A DNA stretch of 63,841 nt, filler included, from Choristocarpus tenellus KU-1152 (GCA_964200185.2; 10 parts of 10 records of this genome joined end to end with filler, not necessarily neighbours in it), one strand, 5' to 3'. Shown: positions 24,101-37,535, counted from the first letter of the whole stretch. Numbers and translations are program-made. The notes: generated by a model from the sequence alone, not told the origin.

Positions 24101-27100
24101 AGTTACGGTTGCATCTACCTATGCAACGGTGTTGTTATCTGCAGCCAAGGTATATGGCGTAAGATCCGTGCTATTTTCATATGCATTGCTTGATAGAGAT
24201 GTTTTCAAACTTTCACACACAAAAGGGTGGTAGTGCACCATCATGGTGCTCCTGACAATTAAAGTACTCTGAATCTTGTGCTGTGGTTGTAACCCTCTTC
24301 CTTGTTGCCTCAGCTGGTTTTGATTGTCAACAATTGACTCAGGTGCCCTGATGCTGAAATTTCTTTTTTATGTCCAAAGTTTCCATATTCTCATAATGGC
24401 TGAGTTGTAGTAGCAACACCTTATTCCAGTATTTTAGGAGGCTATGTGTGGAATTTGTTTTGAAGCATGTTGTGTGCTGTACTTAGAGTCTATATTACAT
24501 AATAGTTATTTTTCAACTCAACAATGGCAGCCACAGATGAGCTCTTTTCTGTCCTTACGATCTTTTTGAGTAGTTCTACCCTGACATGATGAAATTTCCC
24601 AAATGCCATCCACATGCATTCCAATCGGAGGTTGGCAGGTGGTATCTGAGCTGGATGTTCTAGTTGCATTATCTATTTGTGCGCAGACTTGGGACTGGTG
24701 CCGTCCCAAAGTTCTTCAACTGGGGCATGAGGTTCTGGATTTCAAGGTGAGAGGCAAGGACTGTCAAATGTATTTTCATGGAGTAGTTCAGTTTTTTGCT
24801 TGTGATCATTGTGGAAGGATTATTTGCATACTGAGGGCTGGGGCACCACATTAATATTTTTGGACCATGTTGACTCGAGTGCTGATTTGGGTGATGCCAA
24901 ACTCTTACTAATACCTTGTACTTGCATAGAAAAAAATGTGGAAGTATTTCTTGGATCATTATTGACAGTGGTGAAGTTCTCATGTCCTACTACTGTTGCA
25001 TTAGTCGTAACTGATGTCAATAATATTATTGTTATTGATATTCTTGGTAGTATTAGTGTTGTTACTATTTGTCGTAGTGTTGTTATTTTGACAATTGTGG
25101 CAATAGCCTTTTGTGGAGTACAGTTTCCATGTGGTAACCAAATACCTCTCACCAAATCGCCATCTTTAAAATCAGTATATTAATCCATTTATGTATCTGA
25201 TTGTGGCTATATTATCATGATAGCAACTAATCTCTGCCTCGTTGTGCTTCTTCATCTACTACCTGTGGCTGGATCAACCCAATGTCAAATGTACAAGGAC
25301 CTGCGACACCCCTGTGTGGAAGAGGCTCGAGGCTCCAGCAAATTCATACCCAATGACATCAACATCACACACACAAACAAGTTGGCCATTGTAACAGGTG
25401 CTACTCCATGCCATGGAGCTTATTTACTTCTCATACAACTCAAGGGATGAAGTTACTGACCCATGTGTATGGTGATTTGATCTCCTTGGGTATGCTACAA
25501 ACAGTTGTAGTGCTTTCCCCCCATTAACTGGTGTATCACAAGTATCTTAGTGCTATTAATACTTATGGTTACCTTGGCACTGCTTACTATAAACATATTC
25601 CCCCAACAGTCAAAATGGTTTGGTGATGGTTATGGCGATGATGATGGTACATTTCACTTATGGTACATTACTCTTAGGGTACATTTTACTTGTGGTACAT
25701 TACTCTTAGGGTACATTTCACTTGTGGTACATTACTCTTAGGGTACATTTCACTTGTGGTACATTACTCTTAGGGTACATTTCACTTGTGGTACATTACT
25801 CTTAGGGTACATTTCACTTGTGGTACATTACTCTTATGGTACATTTCACTTGTGGTACATTACTCTTAGGGTACATTTCAACTACTTCTCTCGGTTTTGC
25901 AGGGCCCAATTGTGGTGGGAAATCAACCTTCATTCGCTCAGTTGGAATCGCATGCCTACTGGCACAGATCGGGAGCTTTGTTCCTGCCAGCAAGGCCACA
26001 GTATCTGTGATGAACAGAATATGTGCCAGGTGATAATGCAAGTTAGTAGTCCTAGCAGTCATTTAATTGTTTGAGTGGTAGATACTCTGCTGCCAGGAAC
26101 AAAACATACCATTTGAAAATGATCTGAGCCCTCTCTGTATAATACTGTACGTAGTTTAGTCTGTTGGCAGTAGTATCAAGACCCGTAAGGGGTTAGTGCA
26201 TGGTTTGGGAGCATCAGCATTTGGGGCGGATTTAGTACATGCTTTAATAGTAATAGTAATAGTAATACTATTGGTTTTAGTACTATTAGTGATGAGGAGT
26301 ATAATGTTCTTGTCCCCCCCAAAAAAGGAACATCCCAATACACTACCTGATTGCTTACAGTTACTAGCGGCACGTGCAAATTGATAAGAGAGCGCAATGG
26401 ATTGCTATCATGATCCTCGTAGGCTCATGTCAGTTATTTGCAAGCATTCTAAGATGAGTCCTTCTGTCTTAGTTCGATGGTGCATACCTTTGTTGTCACT
26501 TCACTGAAGTCCTGCTGTTTTACTGTAGATGGTCACTTCACTGAAGGGGACAAGATTATTCTGTACTTTTTTTGCTACAAGTGGCTTACACCAATAGTAT
26601 GTTTGCAACATAAACTAATCCCCTAAAAAAATAAGTCTGAAGAAAGTTCAACTAGAATTTTCTACAGTGATTAATACCATAAAATGGGCAACTCAGTGAG
26701 TTCATGAAATGGTACCCTGGCACAGAGGAATCTATTTTGCCTGATGTCACATTGAAATCATCAGTGAAAAGACATCACCTTTTGGAAATTGTGAGAGATG
26801 GACAGGAGACAAATGCATTTTTAAGTTGGACTTGATACAAAGAGCGTTCTTGTTTCTAATTGCCCTCATCAGTTTGTACTGCAACCATGTTCTGAATGTT
26901 CATATGGGTTTGGCAAAAAGTACCCCTCTCATGGCTGAAACTCTCATAAGTGAAACCTTGTAATTTCTTATTAATACATCAGCAGATTGTTGTAATTTTA
27001 TTTTACACCATGATAATAATATATTTGCCAACATGTGTTTTGGGTTATGCTTTTGATGTTACTGGTGTCTTGTGGATGTATTAATAAATTGGATGTATTA

Positions 27101-30100
27101 ATAATGAATTAGATGCATTAATGGCAAATTGGATATATTAATAATAAATTGGATGCATTAGTGATAAATTAGATGTATTAATAATAAATTAGATGCATTA
27201 ATGACAAATTGGATGTACTAATAATAAATTGGATGTATTCCATGTGGTGCCCGCTTGAATTTCTGTTACTGCCAGGGTGGGAGCCTCTGACAACCAATTG
27301 AGAGGTGTCTCCACTTTCATGGCAGAAATGCTGGAAACTGTGGCCATCCTGAGGAGGGTGAGCAGGTGTGCTTTGCGTTTGAAATAGAAAGTTTACACAT
27401 TGTTGAGGAAAAACAGTACTTATTTTAGTATTTGTTTTGAAAGGAGGTCTTTAGTCAAGGGTTCAGGTACATCCAAGCTGATAAGCATGATTCTCACTCA
27501 CTCACTCACTCACTCACTCTCCCTCCCTCCCCTCCGTAAGGGGACTCGTTTCATGTGCTTCAAGTATTTTTTGTTTGTTTCATCTTGGCTGAAGCATGAC
27601 GTTTAGAGAGCATGTATTATTAGCTACAATTCCACAGTACTTGCTCTCAACCAACACATCTACAATCTTAACCTGCCTCTCTGGCCCTTATGCTTGTCAC
27701 AGAGGCTTGCTACAAGGCATGCACTTACCTGCAGGAGTTATTTGTGTACAGTTACATGTGTACAATTCATGAATCAAGTTGTGCACAGTTGTATCCTTTC
27801 CTTTCTGTGTAGTGATTCTATCACTCGTTAGGATGAGCTTGAAAAACCCTTACCCTAACATAACAAATGCATCCTTCCTGTGGGGATTGGGGTTTTTGCA
27901 GATTTGGGAGTTGAGGTCAAGGATATTAATTGCATTACACCCTTGCTCTACAGACAATTATTATTATTATTATTGTTTTACTTTGTAGTGTGTATGCAGT
28001 ACTCAGTGTAGTATGTGTAAGTACAATTATATGTTGTATGACTCACTAACCTTTGGCCTGTAATCATTAGAATTTCACTTTCTGCTTGGTGCAGAGCGTT
28101 TGGGGCTGCTCTGATCTGCTCAATGACACAGTGACAGTGTTTTACACATGTCTATGCTGTTTCCCAAGTGCTTGTTTGCTTGATACTACTGACATGCACA
28201 AGTGCTGTTGGCTCTTGTTGAACGAAACCGTGTTGGTGTGTTCTCAATGATGTTGGATGTGCCCACAGAGGATCTCTTGTGATAGTAGATGAGCTGGGAA
28301 GAGGAACATCCACTTGTGATGGCTTTGGTATCGCCTGGGCTGTTGCGAGGAGGTTGGTCTCTTGTGACTGTTTCTGTTTGTTTGCCACCCACTTCCATGA
28401 GTTGACTGCCCTTGACAAGGAAAAGGATTGTGCAGGGGTGCAAAACCTTCATGTCACGGCCAAGGCAGAGCCCCAATCAGAAAAGTTGACCATGCTGTAC
28501 AAGGTGTGTAATCTGTATTACTTTGGGTCCCTCTTCTTGTAAGTGCTCATTGTTGATGACACTACTAATTCTAATATTATTTTGACCATTTATTCTAATG
28601 CCTTCAGAGTACTTGATGAACTACTTTTGCCAGACTTTAGTAGATATAGCATCCTAAGTTTAAAAAAAATCAAATTATGGGAGCGTAACATGGGGCCCAA
28701 GTGATCACATAGTCCTTTTGAATTTGAGAGTGATATTCTCCGATCCTGAAGCTGAGTGAATGTTGTTCATATTGTGTGCTCTTTGGACATAGATCGCATT
28801 TTTTGGCTCATGATGAGCTCAGGATATATTTTTTATTGTTATTATTATGGTACCACCTGTTTAGTGGAATATCAACTGCAACAGTTGCTCACTCATAGAC
28901 TCAGGGAATTTTTAGGACATGGTATTGGGATCTCCTGCTTTCAGGTAGCACCCTGATATATGATTAACAAAGAATCGTGTATTTGTTCCACTGGATGGAA
29001 AGTAAGAAATCTTCATTCATGTGTTGTTGAAATCCTGTATGCACAGTCTGTAGTGCCCTTGAATGTTTTTTTTTTTCATCTAGGCACATAGTGATGAGCT
29101 GCATCACAAGTACAACTATGTCCAAATGGCAATTCCTCAAGGAACAGCATCAGACTCCAGACTCAATATCAGACTCAGCAAGCACTAATGAGGTTGTTGT
29201 AAGGAATTTTAGTACTTCAAAATATTATCAGAAGCATACGTGCTTTCATTGTTTTATCAACAAGCTAGTAATTTAACTCCAGAATACGACATCAGAAATG
29301 TATGTCAAAATCATCCGAGGGAAGACCAAGGTTCATCCTGCTTGCTCATGTCTCTGCTGGTCAAGTACCTGGAGTAGTCTGCACAATGAAGTCAAATGTA
29401 TGATTCATTAATGCGACTTTAAGCATGGATTACATATTTTTCACTGCATCATCTGGATCAACTACTTCAGAGTACTTTGACAACAAATGATCTGTGGGAT
29501 TTACTATTGTTTTCAGTAGTAGAACTAATCCTTTGCAAACGTTTGATTTCTTGATATGAATGTTAATAAATTTTTGAGTGGTAAATTGTGTGTTGTTTGA
29601 TTTTAGTTTGGATAACTGGCGCCATTTTTCTTGGTAACCTCCAAGCTCAAATTGGTAGCTGTTGAATAGTGAGTGCTTCAATATTCCAGAGCAGGGCACC
29701 TCAGGCTGGTCTGGTAAGAGAATGTTTCTAACAGGGCCGATGCAGGACCTCAGGAATTTTGTTGGTGCCTGTTTGCTGGTTGACCCAAAAATATCATGTT
29801 AAACAGGGTTGGGTCAGGGTCTTGATGTCTTTAGCAAGACCGGACCACCCTGATCTCGGGTTGGTTGAATCAGTTTGGGTGATTATTTGATATTCCGAAT
29901 ACTGTATGTGATTTTTTTTTCTTTTATGACTTTTCATCAGTCTATAATATGTAGATAAGTAGGCACAATAAGGACAGTGGTTAGCCTTTTTACTGACGAG
30001 AGGACACTTATTTTTCTGAAAGGGGTAGGCTAGGTCTTTTAGTAAGAAGTCTTATCAGGGCCAGTGCATAGGCTGGCTTGGGTGAGATACCTTTTAATAG

Positions 30101-30914
30101 AATCAGAGTGTGGGCTGGACCATTCAACTACCGATCCAGTACAGAGACCAGGAATAATCGTAACACTACCAAGTTGAAAGGAGTATTGACAATGTCAGAT
30201 TGATGCTTTCACTATGGCACTCAACAAGAGATACTGCCTGGCACCACATGGTTTTGCCTCATACAAGCTACTTGGAGGTTGTGACCAAATATGATCTATA
30301 CGGTCTTGTCGTCTTGAGGTAGAGAGGGTGAGGAGGCTTTTATCCTGATCCAATTCCTGTAATGATGAAAATGCAGTTGTGAGTGAACTATGACGGTCAT
30401 GGATGGCCTTTTTTTACTTGTAGGTTCAGCTTATCATGGAATGCACCCTCAACCACTTACTTCACTTTGCTTGATCCTGACAAATGTTCTGCAGGTCATG
30501 CCAGGTGTCTGTGACCGCAGTTTTGGCATTCATGTGGCCCGCATAGCCCAATTCCCCCGTCATGTAGTGGAAGAGGCTGAGGGACTTGCAATCTCCTTGG
30601 AAAGAGGGCAACCATTGAGCAGGCACTGGGGAGAGAAATTGGAAAAGGGCAGCCAAGCTGTTATAAGGGCAGAGAAATATTGTGATGATCGTGGTGATGG
30701 TTCTGGGGATAGCTGCCACATTGGTAGAGAGGTTGGATGTGTGATTCTCAAGGGCAGCAAGACATCTGTACAATATGTTGATAATGTAAAGTTACAGGAT
30801 CTTGCTGATAGCGTTCTTAAACGCAAGGCACCTCATGAGGAATGTACTGATTTAGATGATCTAGAAGATAGAAAAGGAAGAGGTTATGATAACGTGTCAC
30901 CTGTGGAATTGTAG
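21177..30914 (+). CDS. MSH2: DNA mismatch repair protein MSH2 (MutS homolog 2), 5'-truncated by contig edge, 11 exons
   Basis: Exons 21177-21418, 21780-21974, 22144-22266, 22553-22638, 24083-24149, 24639-24746, 25298-25397, 25903-26029, 27276-27365, 28269-28503, 30495-30914(stop). All are AG/GT-bounded with matching phases. Spliced protein contains [56 protein letters not shown], Walker [43 protein letters not shown], Walker [45 protein letters not shown]. The [10 protein letters not shown] and SFGIHVA..A.FP motifs fit the MSH2 subfamily. Confidence 0.96.
22647..22744. repeat. Minisatellite, 23-bp unit x ~4
   Basis: CAAGAATATGTGTTGTGTCATTA repeated immediately after an MSH2 donor site. Confidence 0.92.
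25646..25880. repeat. Minisatellite, 32-bp unit x ~7.3 (two related 16-mers)
   Basis: Unit GGTACATTTCACTTGTGGTACATTACTCTTAG. Lies in an MSH2 intron just before the Walker A exon. Confidence 0.95.
27073..27239. repeat. AT-rich minisatellite, ~20-bp unit x ~8
   Basis: GGATGTATTAATAATAAATT variants in an MSH2 intron. Confidence 0.9.
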
Positions 30915-33900
30915 CCCACCTGTTGTGGGGGCATCTCTAAGTGTTGGGTTTTGCTGGTGGGGCGTTAACTTACAGGTATCCAACTATAAACTCTCTTCAA
31001 GAATTGCATCTGCGGAGACAGTTGTTGAGATACAAGCAACCATTACCACAAGCAAGATGATTTCCCTTTGCCAAGGTAGGTTTGAAGTTAAGTGGCCTTG
31101 GCCATTTGCTCCAAGAGACTATTACCTGGTGTCTGCATTTTGCTTGCGTGTGGTTTATGTTGTATATCCGGTTCAAACTTGGACAAGATTTTTGTCTCCG
31201 ACTCCACAAAGGGTGAATTTTTAGAAGTTATAGACCTGCCCAAGGGTGTACGTAGACTACTATGTACTACTGCAAGCAAGCTTTTCACGTCCAATGTACT
31301 TTTCACATCACTGGGAGTACTTTCTCATGTTCTCTTTGATGAGAGGTGTTGATACTAAAGGCTTAAATGAGGGAATATCAGCACATTATGTTTGTGAATG
31401 ATGTTGCTGATACACCACAGACACTACTGATGGAGTAGACAGTAGGGTATAGAGTCGGTGATGGATCTACACCTACCAATGTATGGTGTTGTCAGAACAA
31501 CCTGTTTTTGAATCTGTTGTATGAAATCATGTACTAGATAATTTAATCAATGATGTACGTACATTGTGTTCTGTTCTAGATTATGCTAGTCATAATATAC
31601 GAAGTACAAGTAAGTGATTCATACATAGTGCGGACGATTGCAAACCCCACACTCGAGGAAGTAATGGGTGCTATCAGCCGTAAGCCCCACAAGGTCAGTC
31701 AATGGAGTCGAGACAAGCCTCTTGTAACACTAATATTCCGGGTATTATACATGTGCATTAAGTCGCTATTGTATTCTGTCAAGGGAGATCATAGTTGTCC
31801 TCGTGGGTCCAGAATGGGATACTTCAACACAATTTCATTGTGTGAAAATATCCTTCAGAACTATTCCGGATTACATGCTTCAAGGATCTTTGTTCTCTGT
31901 CTTTTGTTGCAGTGAACTGCTTACCTGCATATTGGTTGCACCACTGATTGTGGTAGGTTTTGCCAAAAACGATCTTTTGACTGCTAATGCAGGTTAGATG
32001 CTTCTCTCAGGAGTCATGGTGCTTGAGATTCCTTAATAGAATATAGAGTACTGTCCAAAAGAACAAGTAAATAGCTGTATGGAAAAGGAAGCATTAGAAT
32101 CATACTCCTTCATATGGGATGGTATCTGTTAGGGTGTGACCAAAAATTCATCAACACTTTGCGGCACAACAAGGTGGAAAGATGGGCTAGCAACACCCCA
32201 CTGAAACAAGCAACACCCCTAAATGTAGTTATTGTTGTAATTAGAGTGTTTGCATCTCTCTGCATAGGATATCTGTCAATTCTAGTGTGGTCCATGCAAC
32301 AATTTCATTGTGTGTGGGGAATGTTTCAAGTAGTAGGAATGGTGAAAAAAGGACCAACTTCACTGCCTCGATGTGATGGTTCCAAATATGATCTTAAAAA
32401 TCGACTACGAGAAAATTGTACATTTAGCGCCATAGTTGTGCATAATCTTCCATAAATGACATCAGATTGACTCGAATTGATGCTGATGTGATTGAATACG
32501 GTCCCAATGTTGGATATTCTTTTACATATGTAACAATGCATCATGTTTTCAGCATCAAGTCAGTATGTGGGGGGCAGGTTATTGATAATGTTGTGGTGCT
32601 TGGACATTATCAGTGTAGCAGGACAGAAATCCCATAACCCAACCTCCAGAGCGCCAACTAGGTATGGACAGATTGCTGCAGAATGACCCAGAGCTGTTGT
32701 TTGGAGTGAAGCATAAGGCAGCAAATTTGTAGAGAACCAATGTTTTCTGGAGAAATTGGAAAAATATGGCACCTTGGTCATAGTTTTATCTTTCCAACAT
32801 GGATAAGCTGGTCCTACAACAAAGATCTGTGATATATTCTAATATTATACTTCGTATTAGTTTCAACACTAAAATCACCTTGCCATACTCCCCATGCCAG
32901 CATTTTTTGCTAGCTTTGTTGGTATATTTTCCAACTTTGCTTGCGTGCATTTTTTCCGAACAATGCACTCTAGCATCTATCTGCGTCTTGATGATCTTGA
33001 TCCGAATCCGTACCCGAGAGATTGTGTGAATAGTTGACCATAAGAAAGTTCAGGCATGGGTCTTTGCCTCCTCGTTGTACTGAAAATTGTTTTTGAAGTA
33101 GATGGATTTTTGTTCCTGAGGTTGTTACTACACAGTTTTGTCCTGATAAGATAGAACCTTACAACGATACTTTGGTCAATATGTATATATTTTGCTCATC
33201 ATCAATCTTCTGGAATAATTCGATAGGATGTAAAGGGACGACTTACTGTTAAAACTGTGCTCCATCGAAAGTATGTATGATCTGCAGTACATACAGTAGA
33301 CACCATCCATTGCTGTTATTCCGAGTGGGATATTTAACTTTGATTTGAAAAGTCCAGCATTCCAATGATTTGAGTTGTGAACTTACCCCCTCGGCTACAA
33401 TCCAAAGTGGAGGTTCATGGTAGGCGTCTGAAGTGAATTCCTCCCTCATTTAGATTTTCTGGCTCTGAGGTCTCAAGGAAAAGCCTTGATAGCCGTCGAA
33501 ACAATATGCACGGTATGGCTTCTGATGCTCTTCTTGGGACTGTTGTGGAAGAGGTATCTCATCCAATTCGCATGCCATCGAAAAAAAAATGAGGTACACC
33601 TTGTTACGGTTGGCTCTGCTAGTGATGTACCTATTGTCTGACCTTCGAAGACAAGCCACAATCAGAAGAGTTATGTATTTCTGATGTAATGTTGTGGTGA
33701 CCATGGGTACTGTTCACCCTATCGTATCCGTACCCTATCGTCCAGATGGTATTCTATTACGACGTTTATACTGCCAGGTTCTTCAGAAGCCCTGACTGTA
33801 GTGCTACCATTCAGCTCTGGAGTGTTTGTTCTACCCATAAACATACCATCCACTACAACATTGATCGTATAAATACGAAAATGCGAAATCAGCAACAACA

Positions 33901-34412
33901 TATATTTGTAACATTGTGGTACTTCTTTAGCAGTGGTGGTGATCCTTTATATTAATTTTCAGTCTTCATTTTCTCGCCATGTTACTATTATTGCCGTACT
34001 ACTTATTTCTCTGGTGCATTTAGCACTACCTCTGGTCATGGATGGATGTACCAATGACTTGGATAGTGTATAACTCGCTCCCAAGAACTTTTTTTTTTCA
34101 ATTTTTTTGAAATCAATTTCATCATTGTGAAGAGTGCACTCTAATTCGCCAGTTTAGAAAATATGACATCCTGATGATTTGTCTTTCATGGAAGTCAGAG
34201 GACTAAAGAAGGGTGAAACCAAGACCTCAATTTGAAGTCCCTGTTCAGAGTCTTTCCAGTAACACACTTGACAAAGTCTTTCAATCAAAATAGGCCCCAG
34301 ATTATCAACAAGAAATATTCTGATACTGCTTGAAAGAAGGGCATTGATTGCGGAACTGCTTCAAGGCAGCAAGAATGACTCCTTAGTCTAATTAAGAGCA
34401 ATGCTCAGACCA

Positions 34413-34597
34413 GGCTCAGAGTATCTGGGGGAGGGGAGTGGCGGCCATTCATTTCGAGTCAGTTTTTCATGTCGCAATTTTGGGTGATTTGGTTGCATAC
34501 GTCGGATGGATAATGTAAATGCACTTTTCCTGATTTTAGTCCAAGTGGACACCCTGGTGTAGACACCCCTTTCCCCCCCCCACAGATACTTTGGGTC
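34413..34597. mobile_element. MITE family A copy
   Basis: Aligns along its length with 18438-18617. No clear TSD. Confidence 0.88.
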
Positions 34598-37271
34598 TCT
34601 TGTGGTTTTGTAGGCAGTATGGCATAATGATGACAGTGAAGAACATCACTGAAGGTATATTAGATTTAGCTTGCCTATGCTGTCAGGGATGTATACCTGA
34701 TACCCAACCATAGGGACCTAGCAACCAGAACGAAAAGATTAACATGAAAATTCAACAAGAAAGATGAGATTTTATAAAAGGAGAAAAAAGAGAAAATTGA
34801 ATGCAATGAAATATTTCCAGGCACGTCAAGGACAAAATCTTGAAAAAGGCAATTCCTTGAAATGTACCAAAAGAACAACTCCTTCAGTTCCATGTATGTT
34901 GTATCAGTTTCTTCACACAGTACCTACACCAGAGGGTAAAAACAAGTACAGGGTTCACTGGGAGAGATCCATCCAGCAGGAAAACCTCCATCATTCAGCA
35001 AAACAAAAATATTCCAACCTCGAGCACTACAAAGGGATCCAGAAAAGATACCTCCATAGTAGTAAGGGGTGCAGAAGCAATTATACGTAATAGCAAGAAC
35101 AGCAAAGTAGAACCATCATCATCATGACCAACGCGATAAGGTACACAAATATATCCAACTGTCTAGTACTCAAGTCGTGGCATTAATGGATTCAGCACCG
35201 AAAGATCCTCATTGGGTAATATTAATTGCAAGGTTTTGTTAGTGGCTGCAGCCGTGCTGTTAAGTGGCAGAACCCTTTACCGGTAAGGGGCAGTAGCAGC
35301 ATAATTGATGACTGCTCTAACGTAGAATACCGCATCCATACATAAATGGCAGTAGATGGTAAAGGTGTTCTCAAACTTTCAGGGAGCAGAGAAATATTTA
35401 TCAATCTGACTACAGACGCTGTCCAGTTGCCTGACAATGCAAGGTGAGTGGTGCCAGACTTGTCCTCCAGATCTGACTGGGGCATGTGCGAGCATGGCCA
35501 GTGTCTACCCCTTGTCTCCTACCCATATCCACCGGATTGTCATCATTGGACCATTCCTCCTCTACCTCTAATGATTGGTTCACCATCAGGCGAAATTCTG
35601 GGGAAGGGGTGTGTTGTGCTGACTCAAGAGGTTGGGCGGTTGCTCAGGCGTTGATCCCTTACTCACACTAGCTGCTGTGTCAAGCTAAATAAAGTCGTTG
35701 TACAAAACCCCCATCCAGGTCTGGGGTTTGTAGGGAGGTTCGCTAGTTACGAGCGGAAGGAATCTACGCAAAATTGGTTGAGGAGGCGGGTGATCTCACA
35801 TATTGGACCCGTCTCGCCGTCTCCCCGTATCATTTCCAGCCAGCCTATTGGAGTCCAATCTCATATCACCGTATCTATTTACTCTGTAGTACGTAACAGT
35901 ATATTCTACCTCCCCATGCATCTACGACAAAGCATCAAAATAATGTACTATTATATTTGTAACGAGTACATATGTAGGAAGCGCACAAGCGATCCGATGT
36001 GTGAGGACGAGATTGAGGAATATAGAAGTATAGTAAGCAACCTAGAGATACGGACGGACGGACGGACAGGATTACTTGGTCATGTATTGTATTTCATGTT
36101 GTAGGAACTGGCATACAGACAGACGGATGGACGGACTGGAATTACTTTCCTTCATCTGGTATGTATCATGCATCAAAGCTACAAAATATTGAAGCCTCAC
36201 ATAAACAAATCCATACTACTTACTACATAGTTGAAGTAAATAGATCATCATCACAGCGGTTTCATTTTTCCTTGACACACAACTCTTTGTCAGAATGTTT
36301 CAGATATAGACAAAAATATGGTTTCCAAAGACGATTAGGAGACAGAGAGAAATACATGTGCACAGAGGAGATTACTGAGACCGCACCGAGCATGCGAGGA
36401 GTATGGGAGAAGAGCTTCAGGCTCGGTACTAATGGCCAGAAGAGGTAAGACTGGACCGCCCCAAAGAGACTTTGATCTTCGGAACACAATCTCGGTTTTG
36501 GTGGAACCCCCGACATCTTGTTCTTGAGTCTACACACAAACATCACTACCCTCGTTGGCTGCCGCAACCAACAGGAGAACCAATGTTATCCGCTTCCCAA
36601 GGACCAGCGAGATCTTTATGGTCTTGCACAAGGACCTGGAGACTCCCACCAGAAACTGCACTACATGGGATTACGATCATGTTGTCACTTCTCGTGCGAT
36701 TGTCCCCTACGAACCGTCAACACAAAGGTGGGTTGTCCCTGTGGTGATGCCACTTCAAGACTCCCCATACATTTATTTACCTCGGCCAAGGAAGGGGGTT
36801 GCGGCAAGGAAGGTCGGGATGGTGTTTCTGCTACTACTGCTACAGTTGCGGAGGGTGGGGATTCTCTTCATGAGAATCCGGAGAACCTAGTTGTAGGCGC
36901 ACGAGAAGAGGTGCTTGCAAGGCTTTATACACCCCTCTTGTTGTACTGGACCTACGGCCATCTTAACGTCATCTCATTCCATCCCTCGTGTACTGTTCTC
37001 CTCTTTCTCTTTTGCTCCCTGTGTTTTTCCACTAACACCAGAACATACACAGGATAGGACTACTGATATCAAGGCGTTCCTTACTCTTCGCAAGCCCACG
37101 AAATCCTCTAGTCTTATGTCTTGGTCTAGTAGTTGGCAAACAGGCACTCTCCCACCAAGTACATGATCGATGTTTAGTCCGGAGTAGGGTGGTGTGAGAC
37201 TCTACTTCATTCTATACCTTGAACCGTTGTAAGGCTTGACTCGTAAAGGGTGCATTTTACCTCCATGTCAT

Positions 37272-37535
37272 GAGTCAAGGTAAACGAGAGGCATCTAGAG
37301 TTAAATTTTTAGGATGGTGACAAATGCGTTCAAAATCTGTCTTTTTTTCACAAATGTATATAGGATATATTTTTTATTGTGTCAGAAAAGTTTCGAACTA
37401 TAGAGAAATAAACGCTCTCAATTGAAACGTAGAACTTCTTCACCCATAGAAATATGGGTGGATCGCAAAAGACTGAAAAACAGACTTAAGATGCAAATCG
37501 ACCAAAACCTGGGTACCTCTCGTTTGCTTTGGCTC
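37272..37535. mobile_element. MITE family C copy
   Basis: GAGTCAAGGTAAACGAGAGG ... CCTCTCGTTTGCTTTGGCTC. Internal sequence matches the reverse complement of 46715-46953. Confidence 0.82.

Noticed and set aside
25646-25880. CRISPR-like periodic 32-bp repeat
   Set aside because: Units are contiguous with no unique spacers, there are no cas genes, and it lies in a eukaryotic intron.
29701-29853. Short inverted repeats (also at 3640-3890 and 39768-39879)
   Set aside because: Only 13-20 imperfectly paired bases. Probably eroded MITE ends, insufficient for a call.
32790-33980. Decayed minus-strand ORF remnants, possibly piggyBac-like
   Set aside because: Only a vague YCFDGYQG resemblance, with no TTAA/TIR evidence.
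35701-35745. Small hairpin followed by CTAG (Helitron 3' end?)
   Set aside because: Single occurrence, imperfect stem, and no matching 5' end identified.
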